Position numbers and translations under genes: made by a program. A stretch of DNA of 63,465 bases, the filler included, from Reticulomyxa filosa (taxonomy: Eukaryota; Protista; Foraminifera), in the NCBI GenBank assembly GCA_000512085.1. It is 26 parts of 26 records of this genome, joined end to end, with 100 filler letters (N's around TTAATTAATTAA, not from the genome) between each part and the next. Parts side by side here need not be neighbours in the genome. Positions count along the whole stretch, not along the records: positions 39,929 to 43,577 come from ASPP01001888.1; positions 43,678 to 46,562 come from ASPP01019400.1; positions 46,663 to 48,159 come from ASPP01013284.1; positions 48,260 to 52,335 come from ASPP01025925.1; positions 52,436 to 54,778 come from ASPP01028790.1; 21 more parts are not named here. The stretch is one strand, 5' to 3'. The notes below the pieces were generated by a model. The model made no database searches. It saw only the letters and a program-made list of their open reading frames with translations, and was not told where the DNA came from. Each line of letters starts with the position of its first letter. Position 1 is the first letter of the stretch. Of the stretch, positions 39,829 through 54,878 are shown piece after piece.

Positions 39829-41949
39829 NNNNNNNNNNNNNNNNNNNNNNNNNNNNNNNNNNNNNNNNNNNNTTAATTAATTAANNNNNNNNNNNNNNNN
39901 NNNNNNNNNNNNNNNNNNNNNNNNNNNNTGTTAATAAATTTTTTGCTATTGAAAAAATGACACTGCCCCAAACACGAACAGTATCCTCCAGTGGAAAACT
40001 TGTGTCCCTTAAAGCATTTTTTTTAGGACATATAAGATTGAATCGTATTAAGCCTTGCTTGCAAGATAATCTTCTACAAAAACCTACTCACTTCTCGCCG
40101 CAGTATCAGTAATGAAAGCAGGTTTGAAAAATTATTTTTTCGTTTGTGGGCTAAAAAAAAACTAAGCAAAATAAAAACTATAGTAATTGAAAAATCAATT
40201 ATTTTGAAACAAACGTATTTTAGCACATCCGACGTACATATCGTTGGAATACAGAAAGAAATAACAACCGAATTTGTTCAGGTAACCATATTAACATTTT
40301 ATTTTTTTGTTTTTCCCCCATCCCCCAATTTTTGAAAAACATAAATGTTGTTTATGTTTGACATAAGACCAAAGAGGAAATTTGTATGATAAAAAGTTTT
40401 TGTGGAAATGCATTTGGCAAGGTGGTATTCAAAAAACTGGCTTGTCATTGAATGGCAGTACTTGGAAAGATGCAAAAGGTTTAACTCTTTTGCAAATGTC
40501 AGTTGTTGAACAATATGGTGGAGCTTTTTGATTTTTTTTCTAAAACTAAATTATAAACGAATTTCTCACACAGAAAAATAAAAAATATTTTTTGTGTTTG
40601 ATGTTTATCAATTTTAGCGAAAATATTAAATAATTATAAAAGATTTAATAAAAACCAAAATGATATTTAAAAACTACACGAGTTGTAGATATTTAAAAAA
40701 AATTAGGTCTGAATGTTGTTTTTTCATGAAGAAAATCAATTATCTTTATAAGGTACCGTTTTAAGTGTCAACTTTACTTTGTATTCTACTGTACATAACT
40801 AACATGTTATTTGTATGTTACGTGAATCCATTATTAATTACAAATATTTGGCTTTATTTGTTTCAGGGTCTTTGTATCTTAAGATGAAGATATAATGAAA
40901 GATAACTTTTTTATTTTATTGCGAAATGCTTTGAGATTATAATAACATCTTCAATTTTGATGTTCATGATGAAATTGCATTAAGACTTTGTTGAAGTAGC
41001 TCCAGTTAATTGTTTATTTCTTTCATTTTTGACTTATAAATTGCTGTACATAATGCTACGTCATATACATGCATTCTGCATTGAATTGGGCATGACAAAC
41101 TGGTAATCGATCTAATTGAATTGATCAAACTAATTGACATGATTTAAGTACATGTTTGCAATTCGTCATGCCAATTCTACGACATCCGTGCTTTTTTATA
41201 TTTTTTGCATGTTCATCTATGTCGGCTTTCACTTGCAACACTTCTGATGCAGTCCACACCATTTGTGAACGCGTGTAAATGCAATTTCAGACAATATTTT
41301 GGGCGCGTTTGTGTCAAATAATCGAACAAACAGTTTTAACATGTCAAAACTAAATAAAATTATATTCAAATGCATAAGTGTATTGGATTTGATGAAAGGA
41401 ATGCGTATGATGTACTGAAGATTTTATTGTAGTATTGATTAGTTGTTTATTGATTTGTCTGATTCTAGAAATGGATGGCTTATTGACAAAGTGGAGGCAT
41501 AGGAAATGGTCAGGTGTTTGATGTATTGCGTTTAGCAAGTCTGTTCAATGATCGACTGTCCTGCAATATTAGGTTCATGTATTGAAACAAAAGTTGGAAT
41601 TTGGAGAAACGAGAGAACAATACAAGATTGACCTGTAGGATTTAGTGAAGTCAAAGTCAATAGTATGTGCTAGAGGCATTGAACAACCCAGCAGTAACGT
41701 CTGTTTGATCTTTGCCACAATGGATCAAATAGACGATTGACTTTTCGACTGACGATCCAATAATAATTTGCCATAATCGTAGCAATTTGTGAATCAAATA
41801 ACGCAAGGTTATAATTTCTTTGGCACAAATCGACACAAGTTCATTTGAATACAAGAGCTGCAATTACACCTACAAGAAATAGTTATAGATGCAGCTGATT
41901 TATCATGATATCATTGGATAGCACATGGCAGTTTCAAAATAAACATTGA

Positions 41950-42150
41950 ATACTAGGCGAAGCCTTTACTCTTTTTCACAGCTGTCACATCTGTCCAAGA
42001 AAAAACTTTTTCACGTGCTTTAACAACATACAACTCATCCTTATTTGATCAAATATCCCAACAGCAAATCGTTTTATCACATGGTTCAGAACATATCACA
42101 TTCGAATTACTACCAGCTTCATCAAAGTAAATAATGGAATAAGATATTTT
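41950..42150 (-). pseudogene. WD40-repeat remnant
   Basis: SNSNVICSEPCDKTICCWDI*SNK resembles the family's ICSGSxDKTIxxWD repeat. Confidence 0.5.
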
Positions 42151-42736
42151 GAATTTATATCATTGAAAAGAAAGTAAAAGGAATTTTTGTCATTTAAGAA
42201 AAAAAAAGGTTAACTGAATTGTTTGCAACTTGATTGCAAATCAAACTAATAAAATGATTAATTTGTTCTGGAGTGTTCAATTGCAACATCTAATTTCTGT
42301 CAAAGCATTGTTGACCAAAATAGAACTGTAGCTACTTTAGTTTCAACAAATCTTTGCTTTTTTTCTAGTTTTCATTTTATGTTTTTTTCTTTTGCTTTTG
42401 TTTGTTTCGTTGAAGGTAATTAGTTCATTGGATCATGATAAATTTTTTTCTCTTTGCACACATAATTCAATTTTATAATACAATATTTGTATTTTCATTT
42501 TAACCATAAGTATTATATTATTAGATATACTGAATAAGTAAAAAGATAATTTATTGTTCTTAATATAATTATAAAAAGTTATAATTAATTTTCTTTTTTT
42601 TCTTCATTAAGAAAAAACACAGATATTTCAAACTTCTATTTTTAAAGTCCCTTCGTTGAACTGAAAAAAAAAGTTAAAATTTTACATTTCACATTATTGA
42701 AGACTATACAAGCAAAAAAACAAAAGCAGTTGCAAA

Positions 42737-43577
42737 ATGACAGCTATTATCAATCATGAACAAACTTTACCTCAATTAGTGTTGGTAAGTTTTATTACAA
42801 ATTTCCAAAAAGTTGGTTGTCTTCAAGTTTTTATTGTATTTATTGTGTGGATTTGTGATGAATTAGCCAGAGGAAAACGAGATCCAAATCATTATTCAGC
42901 ATTGGATTCGAATATTACACATTAAATTTGGATGGATAAATGATTTCGATAAACTAATTGCCAATTATGTTACGGTTTTTTTATTTGTTTTTCATTTAAT
43001 TTAAATAAAAATAAACAAATATATTTCTTATTTTTTATCATTGCTGTTCACACAGGCAACTACATTCCTTATGTTTGAAGTATTTCGCTCATCATCCAAA
43101 TTGATCAATACATTCACTGGACATACAAACACTGTGTGTAGTATTGATTATTCAACATTTGATGATTGTCAATTCATTTGTTCTGGATCAAATGATGACA
43201 CAGTTCGTGTATGGGATATGGATAAAAACAAACAAATTCAATCATTCAATGGACATTCATCCTTTGTATTTTGTGTGAAATTTTCATCATATCATTATCA
43301 TAACAATCATCAAAATGTTATTTGTTCTTCATCATTTGACAGAACTATTCTTTTTTGGGATTTTAAACATAATAAGCAATTACGAGTATTCAATGGACAC
43401 ACTGATGGCATTAATGGAATTGAATTTTCACCATTTAATGGTGGTAGATATTTGTGTTCTGGATCATTTGACAAAACAATTCGTTTATGGGATGTTGAAA
43501 CATCAAAATCATTACATGTTTTTAATGGACATGAAAAAGCTGTTTTATGTGTTGATATTTCACAATTACAAATCAAT
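42737..43577 (+). CDS. WD40-repeat protein of an expanded lineage family (5' part, 2 introns)
   Basis: IQIIIQHWIRILHIKFGWINDFDKLI N-terminal box; repeats GHT..ICSGSNDDTVRVWD, GHS..SSSFDRTILFWD, GHT..LCSGSFDKTIRLWD. Confidence 0.93.
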
Positions 43578-43677
43578 NNNNNNNNNNNNNNNNNNNNNNN
43601 NNNNNNNNNNNNNNNNNNNNNTTAATTAATTAANNNNNNNNNNNNNNNNNNNNNNNNNNNNNNNNNNNNNNNNNNNN

Positions 43678-44239
43678 GTCCAATCATCACATTCAATTGA
43701 TCTGTAATTTCATATGGAATATTTTGTTTGACTGGAATCAAATCACATGATTTACTCATATGATCTTTCAAATCTTTCCTTTGAAATTGCAATTGCAATT
43801 ATCTTTTGAATTTGATTCAAAATTTTCTTCGTCTTCTCCGAATTTTACTCTTTCATTTGATTGACCTTTTTTCAACTCAAATTGTTGAGGACAAATTACC
43901 AATAACTCAGACACTGATTTCCTCACAATTTTATTTTGAGAAAATTCGCAATGCTCATGTTGTTGAATTGGACATTTTCCATTGTTCTGTTTCAAATAAT
44001 TTTGTAAGCATTGTTCTCCAAACAAATAAGCTTGGTCTACATTTTCATGTTCATCACAATGCAATTCCATTGCATTGGTTGCGATTTGATTGCAAATGCA
44101 GCAAACTAACGTCCAGTTTTTGTGGTTCACTTATTAAGGAAATCCAAGCTTTACTATAACACAGAAAAGAAAAAGATTGGTATTTATTTTATTTGTTTTC
44201 TTCTTTTTCTTCTCTTATTTCTGCTTCAATTAACAACAT
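43678..44239 (-). pseudogene. RING + TRAF-type zinc-finger gene, frameshifted
   Basis: CCICNQIATNAMELHCDEH..CLQNYLKQNNGKCP..LLVICP..CNFKGKI then frameshift to HMSKSC. Confidence 0.7.
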
Positions 44240-45251
44240 TAGCCTTACTTCTATAATAAAAACTTTATTTGAAGTTCACATTCAAAACCCTTTTCAAATT
44301 CAAAAGTCAACTGTCCCAAGTACACATACAAACAGTACGGGATAAATTGAATATAATTGTAAATTTCAAGATTAAATTTTTTATTACAGCAACTTGGTAT
44401 TAGACTGAAAGAAAAATTGAAGAGGATATGACTGGAGATGAGAACGGAAGGAGATTTTATTGGTTTTTTTGCTAACCCTTCATTTGCAACAAGCAGAACT
44501 TGACACAATTTTTCTGCAGCTCTATTTCGGAAATTTTGTAGAGGGAATCTCTTTCTTTATTGTGAAATGCTTTCTATATAGATTTTTTTTCTAGCAAAAC
44601 TCGAAATGTATCCAGTTCTTATTCTTGAACCAAGGCATTATTTTTTAACAAATCTCTTATTTTGCTTTGTCAAAGTATGAATGCACAATATAAAAAATGT
44701 ATTTTGGAGTATCGGTTTTCAAATATTGAAAAGAAAAACATAAATATGTGATCAATATACTTTTTCATATCAATAAAATAAAAAAATTAACATGCTATGA
44801 ACAACCAACATTATGTACAAAGTATTGTCTGATTAATGATTATTCACAATATTCAATTATTTCTTTATGCTCATTCAAATACAGAATTATTAAATTGACA
44901 AAAGTTTCTAAATGTAAACAAGTAACTTTAAAATGTATGTGATTTCTCCACAATATTTAACAAATGCAAGTTGTAAAAATTATTAGATTCGTGAAATTAC
45001 AGACAAAATTGAAAGAAAAACAAAACAAAACAATTTGTTTATCATTCGAAGAATGTACGCAAACATCCATCAGAAGTTTTGTTACGTTGCTCAACACTTT
45101 GGCAATGTCTACTATTGAGTTTGTTTGTAACTGTCGCTTTCCATCTCAAAGTAGGGACAAACGTGCAAAACGCGTTTACCAAATATAAGAAAAAACCCTC
45201 TTTTATGTGAGCGTATTTTTTTTCCTAGTTTCGATCAAAAGTTTTAAAACA

Positions 45252-46448
45252 ATGAGTAATGGTAGTACAACAGTAAGAGTTACGAATAATTATGGTTGTA
45301 CTTTGGACTCTGTGACAGTGTATCACAAATTTCGACAAGACGGGAGCATCACAGACCACACTTGGTATAACGTTGGCAAAGACGAGACAACTAGCGCCAA
45401 TTTTCGGGTATACTACAGAGTCGGTTTTGGTGCGTTGACAGACCATGATTGGTGGGCAGTGAAATTTTCTATTGGTGACACGGAATACGCAATTGATCCT
45501 TGCTTTGAGTCGTCTGGATTTAAAAAATGTTATTTAACGAAAGAAGACGAACGTGGTCCAGTGACTATAACAATCAAAGCAAATTCAACAGACGGTTATA
45601 TATATATGTACAGATACATGTACATATGCATATATATATTATATATGTACATATATACGTATATTTGGGCTGTATTATTTTTTAGTATTCTATTATAACA
45701 TACATTATGAAAAGGTATTGTAATATCTCCATATCGCTCGTCGAATGCCAGTACAAATTACTCGAGCAAACCTGGAGGGGGATTGCGATGCGTAACCAAA
45801 AATAAAGCCGTCCAAGCCATTGCCACGACGAGTTTGGCAGTACTAACAGGAGGAGTTGGAGCGGCAGTAGTGGGTGCGACGGTTTTTGGGTTAACACATG
45901 GAAAGGTTAATTAGTGCAAAAAAAAAAAAAAAAAAAAAAAGGAAGTTGGAGGGGATACGAAACTGCGAAAATCCTTGGTTTTACAACAATAAAAGGTTAA
46001 TAACACGAGTGACCAATCTCTTGCAATAAAGAGAATTAATCCTGATGGGATAGAGTTGGACGACAAGGTAGTAGAGCTAACAGTATTTTCAGTATGGCTT
46101 TGCCACGGCATTGCTGCAGCTCCAGGTAGCGTTTTTTCGTCAGTGACAGGTAATTCGGTTACTCATTGGTGGGTACAACTTCAAACTAAAAACGCTTGGT
46201 ACTGTGCCCAGTTCGCTGGCTCAATTTTGGAATTGACTAAACACAGCGACCCGTCTGAGGTGACAACACGTGGTAAAAGTTGTCGCAAAACTGACGAAAA
46301 AGTCAACATCACCAAAAAATTTTCATCTAAACCCGAAACCAGGACCATGCGAGATGTCGTCGAGTTTATGCGTAAGTACAACGGTTTCTATGACCTTGTT
46401 AGTAACAATTGCCAAGATTTTGCAACTACAATGTACAAATGGATCTAA
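45252..46448 (+). CDS. PUD-1/2-like domain + hydrophobic Gly-rich segment + permuted papain-like (LRAT/PPPDE-like) domain protein, 3 exons
   Basis: Exons ~45252-45594, ~45715-45905 and ~45996-46448 splice in frame; motifs VTNN..VTVYHKF..TW..DWW..GFKK..LTKED; THWWVQ and YDLVSNNCQDFA. Confidence 0.75.
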
Positions 46449-46715
46449 AATATAGATCTTCTAATCTAAAAAAAAAATTTCAGTGAAAGATATTAATTAC
46501 TTCTAACAAATTTTTTTGTTCATAAATGAAATTCATTATGGAGTCATATCTATAATACATATNNNNNNNNNNNNNNNNNNNNNNNNNNNNNNNNNNNNNN
46601 NNNNNNTTAATTAATTAANNNNNNNNNNNNNNNNNNNNNNNNNNNNNNNNNNNNNNNNNNNNATATATATATATATATATATATGTATGTGTATATATAA
46701 ATGTATATATCTTTC

Positions 46716-47863
46716 TCACGACTTTGGCGGTTTGATCTGAGTTGAAGTTGGTGATTGGATCGATGAACTGGAATTGATATTGGAATTGGAAGATATAGAT
46801 GCGATTTGAGATGGTTGTTTTTGTTGGTTTTGTGTGTTTGTAATTGTATTTGTATTTGTATTTGTAATCGTGGGAATGGGCTGTTGGCTTGCAAGGTTGG
46901 AATGAGAGGAATATGTATCCATGGACGGAAGGATAGCCATCGGTGGTGGTCGGGTGTTTGGCAAAGGGACGACGGAGGACGTTTGTGGAGAGGGAGGTTT
47001 TTCCGGCGGAGGTGTCCCGCATATTTGACAAACGGGGAAACTCAATGGGTTCTCTGCAAACGTGCAAGTTGTGCACGTCCATGTTTTCTCATTTTATTCC
47101 AAACATTTATTCACACATAACAAAAAAAAAAAAAAAGGATTTTGTTATTGCATTTCTTTTTCCCTCTTCCATTTATATACATATATGTATATAAAAAAAA
47201 GTGGAATTACCTGGACAGGTGGAACTGGATTGATCGGTACTTTGGAGGGTTGCAAAGTTTGAGTGACATTGGCATTGGCATAAGAGGAAGGTGGAGGCAA
47301 AGAGACGGAGGACGAGTGGATGGGTGATTGCATGTTATTTTGATGAAAGCGTGAATTGTTGGAAAGCAAGGAAGAGTTGGAGTTGGACTTGGATACCTTT
47401 GGGGATATGTTGTTATTGACATCGACTGGGGGAAATCCATTGGACCAATGATAGCGACCATTATTACCGTTATTATCGTTATTACCGTTATTATTGTTAT
47501 TACCGTTATTATTGTTATTACCGTTGTTGCCATTGATCATCATAGTGTTATGCATCATCACATTCGGACGACTACCGCCACTGCCACTTGTCGCCGCAAG
47601 CGCATACGCAGGTGCAGGTGCAGGTGCAGGTGCAGGTGCAGGTACAGAAAAAGATGGATTTACATACGTGGCATTGCTCATCAGCTCGTGTTGTGCATCG
47701 TTACTCATATTTTCTTTCTTCACTCCAATTAGTTGTGATGTTGACATATTCTCTTTGTTCGTCTAATCCGTTCGTCCACACCATATTATATATATATGCA
47801 TATATATATATATAATATGGTGGAATTAATCAATTATTAGAAAGAAAAGATAATTGTTTTTTC

Positions 47864-47900
<37 letters not shown>

Positions 47901-48075
47901 CTTGAATGGGTTGGGGTCTATTGACGCCACAGAGTTCACAATAGGCCATGAACAGGTTGTTGTGGTAAGTGCATGTGGGACACGACCAATACGCATTTGC
48001 TTTGGTCGACGTTTCTTTTGGATTGAAGTTGGTCATTGTTTCTTTACTCTTTTCATCCATTTCTTGTGTTAGCAC
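46716..48075 (-). CDS. Protein with two RanBP2/NZF-type zinc fingers and low-complexity linker (internal exons)
   Basis: WSCPTCTYHN..CELCG and WTCTTCTFAEN..CQICG motifs; Asn/Pro-rich exon between them. Confidence 0.8.
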
Positions 48076-49254
48076 TTCTTTGTTTGTTGGATATCTTTTT
48101 GTCGTCTGTTTTTTTTTTTTTTTAAAAAAAAAATTGAATAGGTTAATATAAATCGATGTNNNNNNNNNNNNNNNNNNNNNNNNNNNNNNNNNNNNNNNNN
48201 NNNTTAATTAATTAANNNNNNNNNNNNNNNNNNNNNNNNNNNNNNNNNNNNNNNNNNNNTGGTAACATATAGGAGAAACCAAGCAGAAAACTGGGGAAGT
48301 AGCAGAGCATTCCAAAGATACAGACCATGAAGACGGATCCAAGGCAGAAACACCTGCAAAGGATCACGATGAGGAGTTTGACCCAGCAAAACAACGAGAA
48401 AAAGAAATTGAAAAACCAGTCTTCCAACCTTTGTCAACTGACCACCTTGTTCAACCTCAAGCAACTGTCAACACCGGAGATGGAGAAAATATCACCAACC
48501 CAGAATTGGAAACACAAGGTCGAGATCGACTTTTGTCTGCATTCGATGTGTAAATATCGAGATGGCACATTCTGATCAACAACTCCTGCGTCTGTGTAAT
48601 TTTTGATTTCATGCAAAAGAAAAAAAGAGTGTGAACAAAACGTGCGCTGCTTGTTTTTGTTATATTTTTTGTTTTGTTTTTGTTTATTTTTGTGCGAGGT
48701 TGCTTTCCATGCTACACTCTTTGTATTTTCACCTGTACAACGATTTTTTTTTGTTGCTTTTGGTAGTTTGTTTTTTTTTTTAACTGAGGAAAACAAATTT
48801 CGAATTCTGTTATGACAACGTTTATACGCTTCTCTCGTATAAGAAGTACATTACGGTATTACGCGTCGTCTGACTGCAACCGCTAAAATTCATTTGAGAG
48901 TATTTACGTACACTAGTACATGCTGCATACGTTGCAGCATTTTTTGTCTTTCTTAAGGTGGCCAACAACCTTTCTATTCAAAAACATAAAAAAAAGAGCT
49001 GTAGCGTTGAAAATAAAAAGCAAACTTCGAGTTTCATTGAATTAGATTGCTTTCAACAATTAACATTATTTCATGCCTTTCAGAAAAGGATACACTTTGC
49101 AAAACAAGCATAATAATTAGAAGACTCACTGAACAAGTTTGGAAAAAGTTGAGCTGTGAACGTTGTACCCATATTTTTTGACATCAAGTAGTTTTCTCCC
49201 CTTAGCATTATCTTGTTCACGCAATGTTACGAAAGGCAACCATTTTGAGTGTAG

Positions 49255-49400
49255 AAAACATTAGGACTCGTATAGTGGAGATATTCACAGCACATGACGC
49301 CGCACAAGTGGACAGTGTGGACGAGCTCATGAAAAAGTGGAAAGGAAAAGAAAACGATTTGTTAAAGTCATTATGTGAGAAATACAACGAACCTTGTTAA
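49255..49400 (+). CDS. Terminal exon encoding a small helical domain
   Basis: IRTRIVEIFTAHDAAQVDSVDELMKKWKGKENDLLKSLCEKY* after an AG; resembles a short protist motif (RLxxxYxxHxPxKxxxVDxLLxKYxGxExxL). Confidence 0.5.
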
Positions 49401-49465
49401 GCACAAAAAAATTGTACAATCAATCGAACCAAATGTCCTAGTAATTCAAATCTATTGTTTGATGG

Positions 49466-51098
<1,633 letters not shown>

Positions 51099-53841
51099 AT
51101 CGAACTTTTGTAAAGAAGTGTAGACACATTTACATAAAAGCAGGAGTAAAAAAATGTTAAGGTTGAAAGAACAACCAAAAAAGCTTAAAAAACTTTTTTT
51201 GGCGGCAACGTTTTGAATGAGGGTTACTTTTGTTTTTTTTTGGTAGCTGCGGGTTGTTATCTTTCCACGTGTAAAGAAAAATTTAATTTGGAAAAAATGC
51301 GCATTTTTTGGATTCGGAAACTGATTGCGCTTGTCAATACTAAATTCTTTTTTTATACCAATTCCTATAGATCAATGATATCTTTTGCGAAAGTTCGTTT
51401 TGCAATATTTGATTAAATAAAATTGGCACATTTAAATTTTAAAATTTGAAAAGTTGATGTCCCTTGAGTAACTTGACACGTTCGTTGGTATAAACTCTTT
51501 GATGAAGAAGTCCAAAAGAAAATAAGATTCCTTCAAGTTTTGTTTCTAATATGTAGAAACTTATCCTACAGTAAATGATATTTACACTGCTAAGCATAAC
51601 AGAAAATTCATTAAATCATTTTTTTTGATGATTTGATTGAGGAAATAGTGTATTTCAGTCTGATTTTGTTTAGCATCGTCAAATGTGCTATGTTCACGCA
51701 ATTGCATGCAGTAATGTGATGAAAATGTTTTGAATTATGGATGTTGCTATTTATTTCATCAAATTTTCTTAGGATTATTTACTTTTTATGTAAAAAAAAA
51801 TAAAAAAAAGTGTAATGAATGAAAAATCATAAAAGGTAAGGGAGCAAGGACATAACCATATTTTTAACTACCTTAATTGGTATTAAATATTTATTTTGTT
51901 TCGTACTTCTTTGTTTAGCGTAGGACTCTGAGGTATTATTCAAATAAATATTTTTTTTTTCTTGTTAAATAAAGATGAAAATTATGCGAATTTAAATTCA
52001 TTTTTTATATACATTTTGTTTTGTACGATGGAATAAAGAAAAAAATCAACAGCTAAACATTTAAATACATTTCCATTTATTAGTTTGTCACTAAAAAAGA
52101 TAAAACAGCATCGCTAGAAAAAAAAAATTTGATAAAAAAAAAAGAAAAAACAAACTTGTTTTTTTAGCTAAGTTGCAATCACAACAAACCAAGAAAAAAA
52201 GGATATTGCTAAGTTCAAGATTGGTTTTGACCGTGAAGATGGCAACAGCAAGTTCTTTTGAAGGAGATGTATGTGTATTGTCTTTTCCGCTCTATTATAT
52301 TGCCTCAAGTGTAAATTCTGTTTTTTTTTTTTTTTNNNNNNNNNNNNNNNNNNNNNNNNNNNNNNNNNNNNNNNNNNNNTTAATTAATTAANNNNNNNNN
52401 NNNNNNNNNNNNNNNNNNNNNNNNNNNNNNNNNNNGACAAGCTCCACCTCTCTTTTTCTTCACTCTCTTTTTTTTTTTTAAAAAAAAAGTGCAACTTCTT
52501 CGTGACTATTGTGAACTATCTCTTGAATCAATTCAAAGTCATATTCGCTACCATATTTTTCCTGTTCATTCCGTTGTTTTTTTTTTTTAACATCATTGCA
52601 AATTCTCTGTTTGCTTTAACGCTTCAATAATAAAAGAACACAAAACTTGATAATCTTTGAGAGCCTTTGCGATTTCCTCCATTTCATAGCCCATTTCCTC
52701 AAGCTGAAGCACACCTTTTTTTAAAGTGTTATATTTTTTGTTCCAAACAACCAAAATAAATCATTATTTGTTGGGATGTCAACATACATGCTTCCTTGTC
52801 CGACCTATTTTGTTTTAATGTTCTACTCACTCAGAAATCTTTTGTTGTTATTTCATTTTCCACAATCAACACAAAAACACACATTTGCGCAATAGACGTC
52901 AAAGTCTCTGAAATAAGGCAAGTCCACAAGAGTAAATCTGATCAGTAAAATTGTGATGATGGCCAATCAACTCTAGTTCAAAAAGGGAAAGAACAGAAAA
53001 AAAAAAATCAAACAAAATCATACACATAAAAAAGAATGCCAGTGGTTATCACAAACAAATCGATATGAACTTTCTTATGATATCCCAAAAGAAAGTATTG
53101 CAAGACATTGCACAAACTCACCTAAAAGAAAATTTATTTCTATTGCAATGCTAAATTGCAAAATCGATAATCAATTTTTCACATTTACAGGAACTGATAT
53201 TCTGTGTGAAGTAATTCAATTTATTGCATTACAAAACATTCACAACATGGCTACAAACAGAGAATGTGCTAATAGAAAAACGATGACAGAGATTTCTCAA
53301 GCAAATATCTCATACATCAAATGGAAAAAAATAAAAGAGATTATTGCCGAGTTAATTGGAGTTGCTTGGTTGAAACAAATTTTTCGTCTAGATTTACATT
53401 CATTTTGGCAAAAAATCTGCAAAGCCAAAGGAAAGTATATGGAACCTTCTAAACAAGAGTTTCTTGCTGTTGGCTGAAGGGAGAGCGTTATCTATTTTTT
53501 TTTGGCCCTTAATTTTTTTTTAAAAGTCTCTTCACTAACTTTGACAATCAAAAATAAATTGATGGTGTATAGTTTTATTTTCTTTTTTTTTTGCAAAAAA
53601 AAAAATCAAAACTATGATTTTCGGGAAAAAAAGAAAAGCTTTCAGTCTGGTTTTTTTATGTGAAAAAAAAACTATTTTTTTTCTGGTGAACCTGCAGATT
53701 CCCTGTTAATTCCTTAGAGCTCATTGACAAGCAAAGCGTATGTTTAACTTCCATTTTTTCTCTTCCTTTGAACTGAGATAATTTTGTGATGTTTTTTATA
53801 CGTTGTGTTTGCGGTCCATTTAGTAAACTCGCAAAACAGCA

Positions 53842-54570
53842 ATGCATGATATAGAATGTGTGATTGTCAGTGATGGTGTAGTTGGAAAAACAGTTAAGTT
53901 TTTTGATCCAAAAAAAAATGATGAAGTGAACCAAAAACAAAAAAATGACTGAAACATGAATACGGAACATGTGAACAATAGTGTCTATTAATTAGTTATA
54001 CAACCAATGATTTTCCAAATGATTATATCACGACCGTTTTTAACAATTACAATACCATAGTAATTGTTGATAATAAACAAATCAATTTGGGTTTATGGGA
54101 CACAGGCACGGGAAAAAAACAAATTATACAGAACAAACAAAAAAAAGGACAAGTATACTTTTTTTCAATTTAGCAACAAAAACTTTTTCATAATAATAAA
54201 AACCTTGAACACAGCCGGACAAGAAGATAATGATCGATTGCGACCATTAAGTTATCCACAAACTCAAGTATTTTGGTAGCTTTAGCCTGATAAGCGAAGA
54301 TTTAGAACAAATGCAGACCTAATAAGTGACCATGAACACAAATGCCTGCAAAATGAAATGGTGGAAAAATTGAAAAAAGATATTGTCGCTGTTAAATATA
54401 TAGAATGTAGCGCATTAACGCAAGAAAATCTAAAGAAGTGCGATAATGTATGATATTGTATAAACTTAAACTTAACAAAAAAAAATAAAATTAATATTAT
54501 TTTGTATGTGTACAGGGCAGCAATTGCAGCACAAAACAAAAAGAAAAGCAAAGCATGCAATTTGTTGTGA
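53842..54570 (+). pseudogene. Rac/Rho small GTPase pseudogene
   Basis: SDGVVGKT|[18 protein letters not shown]|AGQEDNDRLRPLSYPQTQVF, KYIECSALTQ, CAAX CNLL*; stops, frameshift and deletion after YPQT. Confidence 0.88.
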
Positions 54571-54878
54571 ATATTATATTTTTAAAAAATTTCAGTGGTT
54601 TTTTATGAGTAAATTTTGAAATTTTAGTGGCAAATTGCCAATTATATCAATTTTTTGTGCACAATGAACTCTCTTAATCTTAATACTCGTAAATAACATA
54701 ATATCACAATGAAACCAAACATGCATATATCCTTCAATCATGATGTGACAATGCATGATGCCATCCCTCCCAAAATAANNNNNNNNNNNNNNNNNNNNNN
54801 NNNNNNNNNNNNNNNNNNNNNNTTAATTAATTAANNNNNNNNNNNNNNNNNNNNNNNNNNNNNNNNNNNNNNNNNNNN

